NCBI RefSeq assembly: GCF_000143415.4
Contig: NW_003314268.1
Coordinates: 1-64,000, forward strand
Direction: 5' to 3'
Length of the DNA stretch: 64,000 bases
DNA from: Selaginella moellendorffii
Lineage: Eukaryota; Plantae; Lycopodiophyta
The stretch's first letter is position 1; the number at the start of each line of letters is the position of its first letter. The position numbers and the translations under genes were made by a program. The notes under the pieces are model-generated. The model was given only the letters and a program-made list of their open reading frames with translations. It made no database searches and was not told where the DNA came from. This document shows positions 62,315-64,000 of the stretch, piece by piece.

Positions 62315-64000
62315 TTGCATGGCCTAGAAGGGATAAAAACTCTCCTTTTACTGCAGCTCCTCCCAGCCATGAAATTTCCAAGGGAAGCAGGAGAGGAGGG
62401 GCATAGATGGATGCCTATGAGCTCCACTGACCAGTAGAAACAAGGAGAGGGGACTGTGAGCAGCAGGGCTGGCAATGGCATTTGAGCCATGTGGAGGAGG
62501 AACCTCCACACGGAGATGGACCCAAGAGCTCCATGGTTTGTGGAGGAGAGGAGGTGACCAACACTGTCAATGGGGTGGTTGGCAACCACCTAGCACCAAA
62601 GATGGAGGCCTAGGAGCTCCTAGGATTTGTGGATGGGCATGTTGTGTTTGCCTTGCTCTCATGCACCATCTTTTTTGCAGAAGTTCTCACTTCTTTCCCT
62701 AGGGCTAGACTAGCAGTGGAGTGCTATGGCCAGCACTCTGGAGCAATGGAGCACCAAGTGGAGTGCCATGGCTATCCAACAGTGGAGTGCCATGGGAAAT
62801 TGATTGATTCAGTCTGCTACTAGCACTTAGTTCTCTAGTGGGTATTTACTATTTGAATTTGTGGGTGGAGACTAGGTGCTAGGGAAAAATTGTTGGGGCA
62901 TAAGCCATGGACAGCAGGTGATAAAAAATGTTGCCTACTGTGGGTCCCCTCTTGCATTGCTTATCAATTTTTTTTAGGCTCTTGGAAAACTTTTGCAAGG
63001 GATTGTGTGGGCATGAGAACAACCCCTCTTGGGGTTCCTGTAGGGCATGGTTGAGTTTGCTGGTGATTGTACATGAGATGTTGCTTAGATGGCAAAACCA
63101 TTGTTTCTTAGCTTGGATACTATGATTAAAATTCATTTTGACTTAAACTTGCCTCAATCAGTTAATATAATTAAGATGACATAGCCTGTCTTACAATTTT
63201 TTTCTTTATGTATATGTTTAGTTGATAGATAGAGTTGCCCCTCACCAATTGATAAGTTGTACTGATATATTGATTGGGCAATTACAGCAAGTCTATATGG
63301 ATTTCTTCTCTCTCAGCATAAGACTTATATTTCAAACGTGAGGTTGATGCTCAAGGAGCTTAGTCTTAATACAAAAAATTAAACACCTATATAAATCTTA
63401 CAATCATAGATTATCAGATTTTGAAATTTGAATTAATATATTATTAACAATTATATTTTGTATTTTTTTTCTTAGTTTTGCTTGGGTCTGGATAGTAGAT
63501 TTGTGTTTTTAAAATTTTAGTGTTCCATATTCTAAGAAAAGCACATGGCAAAGTAATAGTTTGCTAACATTAAAATTATTTAAAATTAAATTAATTTATT
63601 TCGATTTAAAGTTCAAAGTCTTAAAGTTAAAGTTTCGAATATATTTCGATTTAAGAATAATTATATTTATTCTTATAACTAAAAAAATTATTCTCAGAAA
63701 TTTTAGTTTTAACTTTTTCTTACTTTGAGTATAAAATTTCTAAAAATATTATTATTTTAAATATATTCATATTCCCAAGTAATACTGCATTTAATATATT
63801 TATCAAAAGTATTTAAATAGTAATTCTCCTTTTTCACTTTGGGAATATATTTGATTTCTAAATATGTAGTCTATGCTGTATAGTATTGTGTGTGTATATC
63901 TATACATATAAAAATATCATAAATAAATTGTATAAAATTATTTATTTTGTACTCATCCAGCATTTTCTTGGAAATATTAATATCTAGATAATGATCTACA

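Noticed and set aside
62715-62800. Three GTGGAGTGCYATGG repeats in GC-rich sequence
   Set aside because: Too short and irregular to assign; likely internal repeats of an unidentified transposon.

Overview
Gene-dense plant nuclear DNA with very short introns (47-85 bp), PLS-class PPR genes and a chromovirus; the overall character suggests a lycophyte such as Selaginella (inference, not verified). Apparently intact genes: COMT-like O-methyltransferase, type-II DnaJ, an intronless SBT1-type subtilase, COG2, a membrane-anchored receptor-like kinase, an initiator tRNA-Met and two tandem tau GSTs. Decayed genes: two PPR pseudogenes (one with a 239-bp internal inversion that restores the frame when flipped), a Crinkler/CR-effector-like SAM-NTPase-nuclease relic, a 5'-truncated acetyl-CoA carboxylase and PWP2 fragments. 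Mobile DNA: a LINE relic, a non-coding LTR-like family with an 11/12-bp minisatellite, a complete 593-bp Cassandra TRIM with 5S-rRNA-derived LTRs, and a full-length chromovirus nested in an older Gypsy. The chromovirus carries a self-priming PBS and a GGGAAAC -1 frameshift cassette. The Cassandra PBS matches the variant 3' end of the tRNA-iMet gene found in the same window. The right end holds a near-identical 1376-bp direct duplication flanking the ACC/PWP2 segment. All calls were made by eye; no searches were run.
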